Source: a virus (lineage: Duplodnaviria > Caudoviricetes). Taken from it: DNA of 27,629 nt. How positions within the stretch are numbered: the first letter of the stretch is position 1; every line of letters starts with the position of its first letter. Below the pieces are notes generated by a model, which ran no database searches, was not told the origin of the DNA, and was given only the letters and a program-made list of their open reading frames with translations. The stretch lies in the IMG/VR virus record IMGVR_UViG_3300020388_000054, positions 1 through 27,629 of that record; one strand, written 5' to 3'. A program made the translations under genes and the position numbers. This document shows, piece after piece, positions 8,775 through 17,038 of this stretch.

Positions 8775-10145
8775 ATGTCAATACAATCATTTAGTGATTA
8801 TTTAGTTGAGTCAAGTAAAGAAGTAACCTTTACTTTTGGAAGATATAATCCACCAACTATAGGTCACGAAATATTATTTAATAAATTAAAAGCAGTTGGC
8901 CGTGCTGGCAACTATCGTGTATACGCATCACAATCAGAAGATGCAAAGAAAAATCCTTTACCATATAAAGACAAAATAAAATTTCTAAGAAAGATGTTTC
9001 CAAAACATGCTAGAAATATAATAAAAGACAATAAGGTCAAAAACGTATTTGATGTTCTAGTTAAATTATATGATGAAGGCTTCAACAGAGTAACCATGGT
9101 CGTTGGCTCTGATAGAGTAAAAGAGTTTGATCTATTATTAAACAAATATAACGGTGTAAAAGGGAGACATGGTTTTTATAAACTGAGTCTTAACGTAGTA
9201 AGTGCCGGAGAAAGAGATCCGGATTCAGATGGTGCAGACGGCATGTCAGCCTCAAAAATGAGAATGGCCGCTCAACAGAATGACTTAAAGTCATTTAGCA
9301 ATGGATTACCAAGTAACTTTAAAGGGACAGAAGATTTATTTAATGCTGTACGTATAGGTATGGGATTAACTGAAAGCAAGCATTTCAGGAAACACGTAGA
9401 ACTAGCTCCTGTATCAGAAACAAGAGAAGAATACGTAGAAGGAAGTCTTTTTAAAGTTGGTGATCTTGTAAGAATCAAAGAAACAAGAGAAAAAGGTCAA
9501 ATCATTGTATGTGGTAGTAACTACGTAATGGTAGAAATCGAAGAAGTAAGAAAAAGATTTTGGTTAGACGCAGTAGAAATTATTGAGTATAACGAATTAG
9601 GAACAACTAAAACATTAAAGAAGTATCTAAAGGATACTCCATTTGCTAAGATAGAAGGAAGAGAAGATCCGGATATTGGTAAAAGAAAAGGCTCACAGCC
9701 TGCAGGTTACTACAAAGGACTTGGCAAATCAACTAAATCAAAAAGAGCAGCTCAATTTAAAAAGCAAGCTAAGATGGACGATGATAATCCAGCAGCTTAT
9801 AAAAAAGCACCTGGTGATGCAACGGCAAAAACAAAACCATCTAAGCATACTCTTAAATTTAAAAGGATGTACGGAGAAATGTCAGAACATTTAACATTTG
9901 AAGACTTTATGGTAGAAGATAAAGGTGTCGACACTGCACTAAAGAAAAAAGCAGACAAAAGCGGTATGCCATTAGGTATACTAAGAAAGGTATTTAACAG
10001 AGGAGTAGCAGCTTGGAGAACTGGCCATAGACCAGGAACTAATGCTACTCAATGGGGTTTAGCAAGAGTTAATTCTTTTGTTACTAAATCCAAAGGAACT
10101 TGGGGCAAGGCTGATAAAGACTTAGCTGCAAAAGTAAGAGGATAA
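8775..10145 (+). CDS. HxGH cytidyltransferase-like nucleotidyltransferase fused to an SH3/KOW-like and basic C-terminal domains
   Basis: FTFGRYNPPTIGH, KNPL, VVGSDR, SAGERDPD, MSASKMR; then FKVGDLVRIKE beta-barrel; C-terminal RGVAAWRTGHRPG...QWGLARVNSF (DUF5824-like). Confidence 0.82.
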   Translation: MSIQSFSDYLVESSKEVTFTFGRYNPPTIGHEILFNKLKAVGRAGNYRVYASQSEDAKKNPLPYKDKIKFLRKMFPKHARNIIKDNKVKNVFDVLVKLYDEGFNRVTMVVGSDRVKEFDLLLNKYNGVKGRHGFYKLSLNVVSAGERDPDSDGADGMSASKMRMAAQQNDLKSFSNGLPSNFKGTEDLFNAVRIGMGLTESKHFRKHVELAPVSETREEYVEGSLFKVGDLVRIKETREKGQIIVCGSNYVMVEIEEVRKRFWLDAVEIIEYNELGTTKTLKKYLKDTPFAKIEGREDPDIGKRKGSQPAGYYKGLGKSTKSKRAAQFKKQAKMDDDNPAAYKKAPGDATAKTKPSKHTLKFKRMYGEMSEHLTFEDFMVEDKGVDTALKKKADKSGMPLGILRKVFNRGVAAWRTGHRPGTNATQWGLARVNSFVTKSKGTWGKADKDLAAKVRG

Positions 10146-10146
10146 T

Positions 10147-11016
10147 ATGGCAAAGGGAGATTTTAAACTAACACCTGCAAGAGAAAAAGAACTTGAGAAG
10201 TTAGCAAAGGATTTACCCGATAGTGATTTTAAAAAAAGGTATGGAAAGGACTGGAAATCAGTTAAGATAGCTACAGCAATGAACATACTTAAAAAGAAAT
10301 ATAATTTTAAAGAGGATAAAATGAATTTTAAAGAAATAAGAGAAAAATACAGAAGTAAGTTTCCATCCAATTTAGTATCAGCCGCTGTCAAAATAGCATT
10401 AGACATGGGTGGTAATATGACTGGAGCTTATAAAAAGATCGAAAAAATGAAAAAAGGATTAGCAAATGATCCTGCAGTTAAGGGCGCGTTACAATTGGCG
10501 AATGAAGCATTTGAGCCTAGAGCTTTAAACTCTCTAGGTGCAAAAAATTATTCAATGACTTTCACTAAAGCTCAACCAAAAAGTTTAGCTAAGTTTTTGA
10601 GTATGATAAAAGGTCAAGAGAAATTTGGCGCTGGAATAAAAGTAAAAAATGTCAAGAAAGGCTTAAAAGGTTCTACCATTGTGTTTTTCACATCAGGCAG
10701 TAATTTACAAATTAAAGCTCTTCAAAATGCTTTAGACAAAGTAATGAAACAATTTAATGAATCTCTTTCTAATACACAAGAAATAATGGTTGAAGAAAAA
10801 GAGATACCTTTCGGATATACATTCTTCGATAAGGGAGATGTTGACAAGTTTAAAAGACTGATCGGAGGTCTTAAAGGTTTAGAACTAGTAAGCGTTGATA
10901 AAATGAAAGGTGGACAATTTACTGTACGAGTAAAAGGACCTAGAAAGATCGTAGCAAAAGCTAATTCATTTGCTATTAGAGTAATGTCAGAAAAAGTTGG
11001 TGCAGATCTAACATGA
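10147..11016 (+). CDS. Lys-rich modular hypothetical protein (putative virion internal protein)
   Basis: Long ORF with GAGG SD; segments separated by xxE-A/S sites. Confidence 0.7.
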   Translation: MAKGDFKLTPAREKELEKLAKDLPDSDFKKRYGKDWKSVKIATAMNILKKKYNFKEDKMNFKEIREKYRSKFPSNLVSAAVKIALDMGGNMTGAYKKIEKMKKGLANDPAVKGALQLANEAFEPRALNSLGAKNYSMTFTKAQPKSLAKFLSMIKGQEKFGAGIKVKNVKKGLKGSTIVFFTSGSNLQIKALQNALDKVMKQFNESLSNTQEIMVEEKEIPFGYTFFDKGDVDKFKRLIGGLKGLELVSVDKMKGGQFTVRVKGPRKIVAKANSFAIRVMSEKVGADLT

Positions 11017-11525
11017 GAACATTTAAAAGTTTAAGAAACTATATCAACGAAGCTAAGCTATCTGATGAAATGATAAAAAGAAAGTTTCCACAAGTTTGGG
11101 CTGCAAGTGCAAAAGAACCCAAGATTTTAGATATGTTTCATAAGTCTGTGAATACAGGTAATATGAATGCTAAGACAAAAGCTTATCAAAAAATGAAGAT
11201 AGGACCATTTATACGTGATGAATTAAATGGTGGTTATTTAGACAGAGCCATTATTAAAAAGCTAAATCTAAAAGCAAGTACTGATTTATCAGCTTTAAAG
11301 CTCGATGGATTAAACGAAGCAAAAGTAAGTTACAATGGTGGATTTGAAAAAGGAAGAGGTCCTACAGGGATTGCTTTTTCTATACCTCATGGTCACCCAG
11401 ATGCAGAGGATCCTAGAACAAGAAAGGTATATCCTGAAAGACAAAAACCTGCATATAAAAAAGCTTATATAGCTTTACTTAAAAAGAAAAATCCTAAATT
11501 ATTAGGACAGTTTCCGGTGAGATAA
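11013..11525 (+). CDS. Lys-rich hypothetical protein with leader MRTFKSLRNYINE
   Basis: ATGA overlap with the upstream gene; leader motif. Confidence 0.7.
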   Translation: MRTFKSLRNYINEAKLSDEMIKRKFPQVWAASAKEPKILDMFHKSVNTGNMNAKTKAYQKMKIGPFIRDELNGGYLDRAIIKKLNLKASTDLSALKLDGLNEAKVSYNGGFEKGRGPTGIAFSIPHGHPDAEDPRTRKVYPERQKPAYKKAYIALLKKKNPKLLGQFPVR

Positions 11526-11526
11526 T

Positions 11527-11769
11527 ATGTCAAAGTATAATACAATTAGGCAAGCATACGAAGAAGTCAATCAAATAGACGAGGGTAGATTCTCGCCTAA
11601 GACTTTAAAGTTTTTAAAGAAAATGATTACTGACTTTCAAAAGTATGAAAGGCAATTCGAAAGAAATAAAGAAATCAAATATGGTAGATTTGGTTCTTTT
11701 GATAATAAGGTCTATAACGCATTAGCAAATGCACGTAGACATTTAGAAGATTTATTTGAGGACGAATGA
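11527..11769 (+). CDS. hypothetical protein
   Basis: Tightly packed ORF; IDEG site near the N-terminus. Confidence 0.65.
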   Translation: MSKYNTIRQAYEEVNQIDEGRFSPKTLKFLKKMITDFQKYERQFERNKEIKYGRFGSFDNKVYNALANARRHLEDLFEDE

Positions 11770-12170
11770 AAAGTTTAAAAGAATTTCGTAAAGATCAGCT
11801 GCTAAGAAAGCTGAAAACGATTAAAGGTATTACAAAGGATCAAATGGCAGCTTTAGCTGGTATGAATCCTGCAATGTTACAAAATGTAATCAATCAACTT
11901 TCTACTATTGTAAATGGTGGTAGTGTAGATGAAAGAGCAGCATTAGTAATGGATATACCAGCTATTATAAAAGCGATGCTTAAAGATGTACAAAGTAAAT
12001 TAGAAAAACAATTAAAAAAAGGACAAACAGAATTAGCAAATAATATAGGTCGTATTGTAGGACTTAGAGTTACTACAAAAGGCCAAAGCAAAAATAAAGC
12101 TTTCCTATATGATTTAGAAAAAGGATTTAGAAATAAGAATCCAAGAGGCTCAAGTGGAGGAGCAAGATGA
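11766..12170 (+). CDS. hypothetical protein with leader MKSLKEF
   Basis: ATGA overlaps on both sides; GAGG SD. Confidence 0.7.
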   Translation: MKSLKEFRKDQLLRKLKTIKGITKDQMAALAGMNPAMLQNVINQLSTIVNGGSVDERAALVMDIPAIIKAMLKDVQSKLEKQLKKGQTELANNIGRIVGLRVTTKGQSKNKAFLYDLEKGFRNKNPRGSSGGAR

Positions 12171-12697
12171 AAAAATTTAAAGATTACGTAACTGAAGCAA
12201 AGATGGACAATTTTCAGTTAGTAGATATGGATCCAGATACAGCAAGAATTGCAGTTCAACTCGCTAAGAAAGCTGGCCTGACACCAAAAAGTTATAAGTC
12301 AAGAAGCGGCGGTTTAGATATCTCCGTAGAAGGACCAAAGAAAAAAGTAGCTAAGTTTATAATGTCACTACCAAATGAAGCAAATCTTAAAGAATTTAAA
12401 ACATCGATGACATACTTTAACAAGAAAGGAGCGGCCAAAGCAGAAAAAATAGCTAAGGGTATAGGAATTTATGTTAATACTAAGAAAGTAGGTAAAGCTC
12501 CAAACTTTGCATTTACAGTATATGTCGATGGCGAGTTTGATAAGATAGAAAAATGGAGTGGACTGATAGAGTCAAACGCTAACTGGGCTAAGTCATTAGA
12601 AAAAATTCAGAAACAAAGGCAGTTAGATAAAATTTCTGATAAAGATAAAGAAACATTAATGAAGATTGCTGCCTTATTAGGTAAGGAAAAGAGATGA
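12167..12697 (+). CDS. protein with two ~60-aa related modules, leader MKKFKDYVTE
   Basis: GGAGGAG SD; two segments with a beta-alpha-beta-beta-alpha pattern. Confidence 0.7.
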   Translation: MKKFKDYVTEAKMDNFQLVDMDPDTARIAVQLAKKAGLTPKSYKSRSGGLDISVEGPKKKVAKFIMSLPNEANLKEFKTSMTYFNKKGAAKAEKIAKGIGIYVNTKKVGKAPNFAFTVYVDGEFDKIEKWSGLIESNANWAKSLEKIQKQRQLDKISDKDKETLMKIAALLGKEKR

Positions 12698-13026
12698 TAG
12701 CATTTAAAACATTCTTTGAAAATAAAGGACCATGCTGGCCAGGTTATGTACAGGTTGGTATGAAAAAGAAAAATGGAAAGGATGTGCCTAACTGTGTTCC
12801 TAAGGAAGAAGTAGAAGAAGGTAAAAATAAAGGCGAAACCTGGGAAGCAGGTTATAAAAGAAGAGTTGTTAAAACAACTAAACCAGAACACAAAGAAAAA
12901 GGTTATAACTGGAGAATCAAAGGTAAAGATAGAAATGAAATATCTATTAAGCTTTATAAAAATAAACCAGATTATAAAGAATTTACTAAGCAAATGAAAA
13001 GAGTAGCAGGTCATGAGTTTGGTTAA
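12694..13026 (+). CDS. basic hypothetical protein with CWxGY...VPNCV motif
   Basis: GPCWPGYVQVGMKKKNGKDVPNCVP, a motif recurrent in aquatic phage proteins; leader MIAFKTFFE. Confidence 0.7.
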   Translation: MIAFKTFFENKGPCWPGYVQVGMKKKNGKDVPNCVPKEEVEEGKNKGETWEAGYKRRVVKTTKPEHKEKGYNWRIKGKDRNEISIKLYKNKPDYKEFTKQMKRVAGHEFG

Positions 13027-13405
13027 ATTTAAAGAATACCAAGAAAAGTTTGGTCTATATGAAGGTTCAATGGTTCCTTTAGATCAACCAATGATTGAGT
13101 TAACCGAAGCTGAATATCAGGGTAGAGAGGTTGAACTCAATAAGCCGAGCAGAAGCTCAGGTAATAAAAAGTATGTTGTATATGTAAAGAATCCAAGTAC
13201 TGGTAATGTAAAGAAGATTGAATTTGGAGACGAAAAAGGTGGCTTACGATCAGATATAAATGATAAGGACGCAGCTAGAAGTTTTGCAGCTAGACATAAC
13301 TGTGATACTAAAAAAGATAAGACAAAGGCTGGGTATTGGTCATGTAGGTTACCACAATATGCTAAAGAACTAGGATTAAAAGGTGGCGGAAACTATTTTT
13401 GGTAA
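13013..13405 (+). CDS. DUF5754-like basic viral protein
   Basis: AEYQGREVELNKP...KKYVVYV...FGD...SFAARHNC...AGYWSC. Confidence 0.65.
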   Translation: MSLVKFKEYQEKFGLYEGSMVPLDQPMIELTEAEYQGREVELNKPSRSSGNKKYVVYVKNPSTGNVKKIEFGDEKGGLRSDINDKDAARSFAARHNCDTKKDKTKAGYWSCRLPQYAKELGLKGGGNYFW

Positions 13406-13673
13406 TTATCCATTCCTATCTGAATATCAGGTAGGTGGAGAGATAAGGTCGTTTGATACTACAGTAGAAAACGAAGAACTCGTTTGGCATCGAGATGCTG
13501 AACATCGAGAAGTAGAGATTCTCGAAGGCGAAGGTTGGCAGTTTCAATATGAAAACTGTTTACCATGTTTGTTAAAGAAGGGTATGATCTTTGAGATTCC
13601 TAAGGGCGAATATCATAGGTTAATAAAAGGATATAACAATTTAAAAGTCAGGATTATTAAAAAGAATGGATAA
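13383..13673 (+). CDS. cupin-fold protein
   Basis: WHRDAEHREVEILEGEGW...FEIPKGEYHRLIKG fits the two-motif cupin pattern; start uncertain. Confidence 0.7.
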   Translation: MAETIFGNYPFLSEYQVGGEIRSFDTTVENEELVWHRDAEHREVEILEGEGWQFQYENCLPCLLKKGMIFEIPKGEYHRLIKGYNNLKVRIIKKNG

Positions 13674-13992
13674 CGAAGAAGCAAGACAAGTATATACTAT
13701 ACAGGCGCAAAGGCTAGATCGAATGGAAGAAAAGATTGATCAAATGGCTGATGCTATTGTATCTCTTGCAAGAGCTGAAGAGAAGATTAATACATTAAAT
13801 GAATTTAATCGTCAGCAAGGTGAGAGAGTGCAAGATGTTATAAATAGAATAGACAGAGTAGAATTAATGGTTAATACTAATTCCAACACTGTCGCATTGA
13901 TAAATAAAGTTTTCTGGTTAATAGTTGCAGGAATTATTGCAGCATTTACCTGGGAAATGGTTATACATAGTGGTTTAATTAACGGAGGATAA
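13666..13992 (+). CDS. coiled-coil protein with C-terminal TM helix (possibly holin/XhlA-like)
   Basis: Heptad-rich N-terminal region followed by VFWLIVAGIIAAFTW. Confidence 0.6.
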   Translation: MDNEEARQVYTIQAQRLDRMEEKIDQMADAIVSLARAEEKINTLNEFNRQQGERVQDVINRIDRVELMVNTNSNTVALINKVFWLIVAGIIAAFTWEMVIHSGLINGG

Positions 13993-13996
13993 CGAA

Positions 13997-14389
13997 ATGA
14001 AACTACAGGATAAAGAAGGGCTAGAAATTGCATCCGTCGTTAAAGACGTGTTGGAAGGGAAAGCTAAAAAAGAAACTTACGGCAAAAAGAAAAAAGCTGT
14101 AAAAGAAGTTGAAGAGCCAAGACCAGCTGGCGAGAAGAAATTCAAAGATATGCATAAGGTCAAGAAATCAGGTGAAAATCCAGATGGCACTGTAACTAAA
14201 GAGAAAAAAGAAGAAGAAAAAGAAATGGACGAAATGTCCAAGAAGCAAGCTGCTTATAAAAAAGTATTCGATGCTGCATTGAAAAAGTTTGGAGTTTCAT
14301 CTCCAGCTGAGCTAGAAGGAGACAAGAAAAAAGAATTTTTTGATTTCGTAGATAGCAAGTATGACGCAGGCGATAACGAAACTGACTAA
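13997..14389 (+). CDS. highly charged K/E-rich protein (possibly prohead core/scaffold-like)
   Basis: GGAGG SD; very K/E rich; C-terminus ALKKFGVSSPAEL. Confidence 0.65.
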   Translation: MKLQDKEGLEIASVVKDVLEGKAKKETYGKKKKAVKEVEEPRPAGEKKFKDMHKVKKSGENPDGTVTKEKKEEEKEMDEMSKKQAAYKKVFDAALKKFGVSSPAELEGDKKKEFFDFVDSKYDAGDNETD

Positions 14390-14419
14390 TTAATATACTC
14401 TACGGGGTATATATAATAT

Positions 14420-14791
14420 ATGATGAAGGTATTTGACGAACTAAATAATAAGAATTTTAAGCTGTACGCTGCAGCTAAATATAATAATCCCGAATGTGTG
14501 GATGTTGAAGAGTTTCAACAAGACTTAAATAGATTTAAATATCTAAAAAGATTGTTAAAGCGGTATGAGCTAACAGGTGATTTGCAAGAGCGTTTAATAC
14601 TCAATCACCTTATTGTTCTATATAACGTGTTTGGTATAGAAGCTGGCAACAGAATGATCTGGTATAAGATCAATGATGAGCACTGGCATTATATCAAACC
14701 GTTTTTAGTATATCTTCACTATTTACCAGAACAGGAAAAACTAGAAATTACAATGGACCCATTTATTGTTGAGGTACTAAGAAAGCTATGA
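14420..14791 (+). CDS. conserved T4-like hypothetical protein
   Basis: FDELN..NF.LYA...YNNPEC...EF..DL.RFKY...ERLILNH pattern typical of aquatic T4-like phages. Confidence 0.75.
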   Translation: MMKVFDELNNKNFKLYAAAKYNNPECVDVEEFQQDLNRFKYLKRLLKRYELTGDLQERLILNHLIVLYNVFGIEAGNRMIWYKINDEHWHYIKPFLVYLHYLPEQEKLEITMDPFIVEVLRKL

Positions 14792-15375
14792 TTACAAAAT
14801 CTATAGGAATAAACGAAGGACTGACAAGAGCCGGTGATATCGTATATGCGTTTAGATTTTTAAAGTTACTTGTTACACCATTCAATAAAACAAAAGCTTT
14901 TGAGCTTGGCATTATTGATGAAAAAGGTAAAGTGTTAAAGAAATCAGCTGAAAGAAAAACACCTGAAGAGAAAGATGCTTATACTATGTTTCACAGGTTG
15001 GTATTTAATATAAAGAAACTAATACCAGGAAAGAGATTAGGTTCATATGCAGCAGCTTTATTTCTGATACGAGAATCAACTGGTTTAAGTGATGAAGTAA
15101 TAATGAAATGTATTAATGAAACAGGTGAACCTGAATTTATTGAAGAGTCATTTGAATATATCAGCGAAGAAAGTTTAGTACCAGGTAATTTCTTTTTGAA
15201 AAAGAATGCATGTAATCCAGTTACTGGAGACGAGCTTGGTAAGATTGGAGACTGTGTAGTCAATGAAGACTTTCAAGACCCTATTGGAAACTTCATGAAT
15301 ATAAATATATACAGAGTAAAACATAAAATAACAAATCAAGAGTTATACGTAACTCAAGACATATTAGAAAGATGA
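14788..15375 (+). CDS. conserved T4-like hypothetical protein
   Basis: YAFRFLKLLVTPF..T.AF.LGIIDE.G...FHRLVFNIK...SYAAALFL pattern. Confidence 0.75.
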   Translation: MITKSIGINEGLTRAGDIVYAFRFLKLLVTPFNKTKAFELGIIDEKGKVLKKSAERKTPEEKDAYTMFHRLVFNIKKLIPGKRLGSYAAALFLIRESTGLSDEVIMKCINETGEPEFIEESFEYISEESLVPGNFFLKKNACNPVTGDELGKIGDCVVNEDFQDPIGNFMNINIYRVKHKITNQELYVTQDILER

Positions 15376-15656
15376 AAAAAAGTTTTAAAGAATTTAATAA
15401 AATGTGGGAAGATGCCGCAGCAAACTCTGCTGGTGGCGGCGGAATAGCAGGTATAGGAATAGGGCCTGATGGCGAACCTGGACTAACCAGTGCTCAAATG
15501 AAAAAACATAAAAAGAGAGTTCAACAATATGATGGTAGAACCAAAGAAGGTAAACAATTCATTAGAAGAATTCTTGATAGAAGAGCAGCTAAAGAAGCAA
15601 AGAAGATAGTCAATCAGCAAAAGATAAATGCTGATTCAATTAAGACAAAGTCTTAA
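15372..15656 (+). CDS. hypothetical protein with leader MKKSFKEF and Gly-rich segment
   Basis: WEDAAANSAGGGGIAGIG..EPG, YDGRTK; ATGA overlap. Confidence 0.7.
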   Translation: MKKSFKEFNKMWEDAAANSAGGGGIAGIGIGPDGEPGLTSAQMKKHKKRVQQYDGRTKEGKQFIRRILDRRAAKEAKKIVNQQKINADSIKTKS

Positions 15657-15669
15657 ACAGAGATTAATT

Positions 15670-15888
15670 ATGAATAAACTATGGCAATGGATATTAGACC
15701 TATTTCGTACTAGATATAAGCTCACAGTATCTTATAATGACAAGTTTGGTGATCAAGACGACAAAGAATATATCGTAAAAAAATTCAAAAGACAATCAGA
15801 AAATCATATAAGCTTTATAGATAATAATGGAAAGCTTGTAGAAGTACGTAGCGTATCTGGCTTACACTATAGAGTAGAGGAATTATAA
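15670..15888 (+). CDS. hypothetical protein (likely start 15670)
   Basis: First ATG after the upstream stop; TAATG coupling downstream. Confidence 0.65.
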   Translation: MNKLWQWILDLFRTRYKLTVSYNDKFGDQDDKEYIVKKFKRQSENHISFIDNNGKLVEVRSVSGLHYRVEEL

Positions 15889-16268
15889 TGTATCAAGTTT
15901 TAATAGGATTAATTTTAGCTTTAGGATTCGGCAGTTATTGGATATATGACGAGAATCAAACACTAAAAGAAAACAATACAAAGCTAGAAATCGCAGTTGA
16001 AGAACAAAAGGTTGCAATGAATGCAATCAAAGAATCATACGAGTTACAAGGTAAAGAATTATCAAACCTTGCTCGTAAGAATGCTCAAATAGAAGCAGAT
16101 AAAGATAAGTATTTAAGTATACTAACTAAACATAATTTTGAAAAGTTAGCAATAGCAAAGCCTGGATTAATGGAAATCAGATTTAATAAAGGCACAGAAG
16201 AAGTATTAGCGGAGATAGAGAATGACACTAAAATCATTAGTGACCTTGATAGCGATAACCCTAATTAG
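15888..16268 (+). CDS. i-spanin (Rz/PseT.3-like)
   Basis: N-terminal TM, long coiled coil, AKPGL; overlaps a lipoprotein gene. Confidence 0.75.
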   Translation: MYQVLIGLILALGFGSYWIYDENQTLKENNTKLEIAVEEQKVAMNAIKESYELQGKELSNLARKNAQIEADKDKYLSILTKHNFEKLAIAKPGLMEIRFNKGTEEVLAEIENDTKIISDLDSDNPN

Positions 16269-16713
16269 TGGTTGTTCAATATTAGGCGAAAAGAAAATAG
16301 AGGTTGTATCAAAACCAGTAGAGTTACAGATCATACAACCAACTCTTCCAAGAGAAATATCACTCGATACTCCGAAATGGTATGTAGTATCTGAAGCTAG
16401 AATTGCTAACCTTTGCAAAAAGATAGAAGGTGAAAAGAAAAGGCCAAAGACATGCGCCCTCGAAGATAGAGAGCATCCTGAATGGCCTGAAGGATATACC
16501 TATTTAGACAGATTTCTTGATGACATGAAAGCTCAAAATGGTGGAGACGTCGTTTTTGTTGCAACTACTGTAGGTGATTATAAAACCATGGTAGCTAATA
16601 ATCAAGAGATAAGAAGATATATAAGAGAACTTGGTGAAGTAGTAGTTTATTATAGAAACGTTACATTACCAAATGGTGATCAAGGCGTTGCGGTAGAAGT
16701 TGAGAAGAAATAA
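16222..16713 (+). CDS. o-spanin lipoprotein (Rz1/PseT.2-like)
   Basis: Signal peptide with lipobox LISG-C18, Pro-rich segment, 47-nt overlap with the i-spanin, GGAG SD. Confidence 0.75.
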   Translation: MTLKSLVTLIAITLISGCSILGEKKIEVVSKPVELQIIQPTLPREISLDTPKWYVVSEARIANLCKKIEGEKKRPKTCALEDREHPEWPEGYTYLDRFLDDMKAQNGGDVVFVATTVGDYKTMVANNQEIRRYIRELGEVVVYYRNVTLPNGDQGVAVEVEKK

Positions 16714-16994
16714 TGTGGTTATTTATTCTCGGCATAATTAAAACTATTATCACTGCAGCTTTACGTAATACAGTTCTTAAATTTCTTCATCCACATCTTT
16801 TAAAACTTGATGCTTGGTGCGAACGCCATATCGGCATAGACCTAATCAAGCAAGAACTTAAGTTTAAAGAGAAGTGGCCTAATATAGAGAAACGTATTCA
16901 ACAATTAGAAAACGATTCTCATCCACCGATATCTATCGAACAATTCGATGGCTATAAAAAAATAGTCAAAAGAATTGAAAAATTAGAAAAATAA
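16713..16994 (+). CDS. hypothetical protein with hydrophobic N-terminus
   Basis: TAATG coupling; last gene of the late block. Confidence 0.65.
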   Translation: MWLFILGIIKTIITAALRNTVLKFLHPHLLKLDAWCERHIGIDLIKQELKFKEKWPNIEKRIQQLENDSHPPISIEQFDGYKKIVKRIEKLEK

Positions 16995-16996
16995 TA

Positions 16997-17026
16997 GTTT
17001 ACAAATCACTAGATTTGTGGTATAAT
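16997..17026 (+). promoter_or_regulatory. sigma70-type / T4 early-like promoter
   Basis: TTTACA 16998-17003, N17 ending TGTGG, TATAAT 17021-17026. Confidence 0.85.
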
Positions 17027-17038
17027 ATATAATATTAA

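Noticed and set aside
14408-14419. TATATATA as a late promoter before ORF 14420
   Set aside because: One mismatch to the consensus within a low-complexity TA run; plausible but unsupported.
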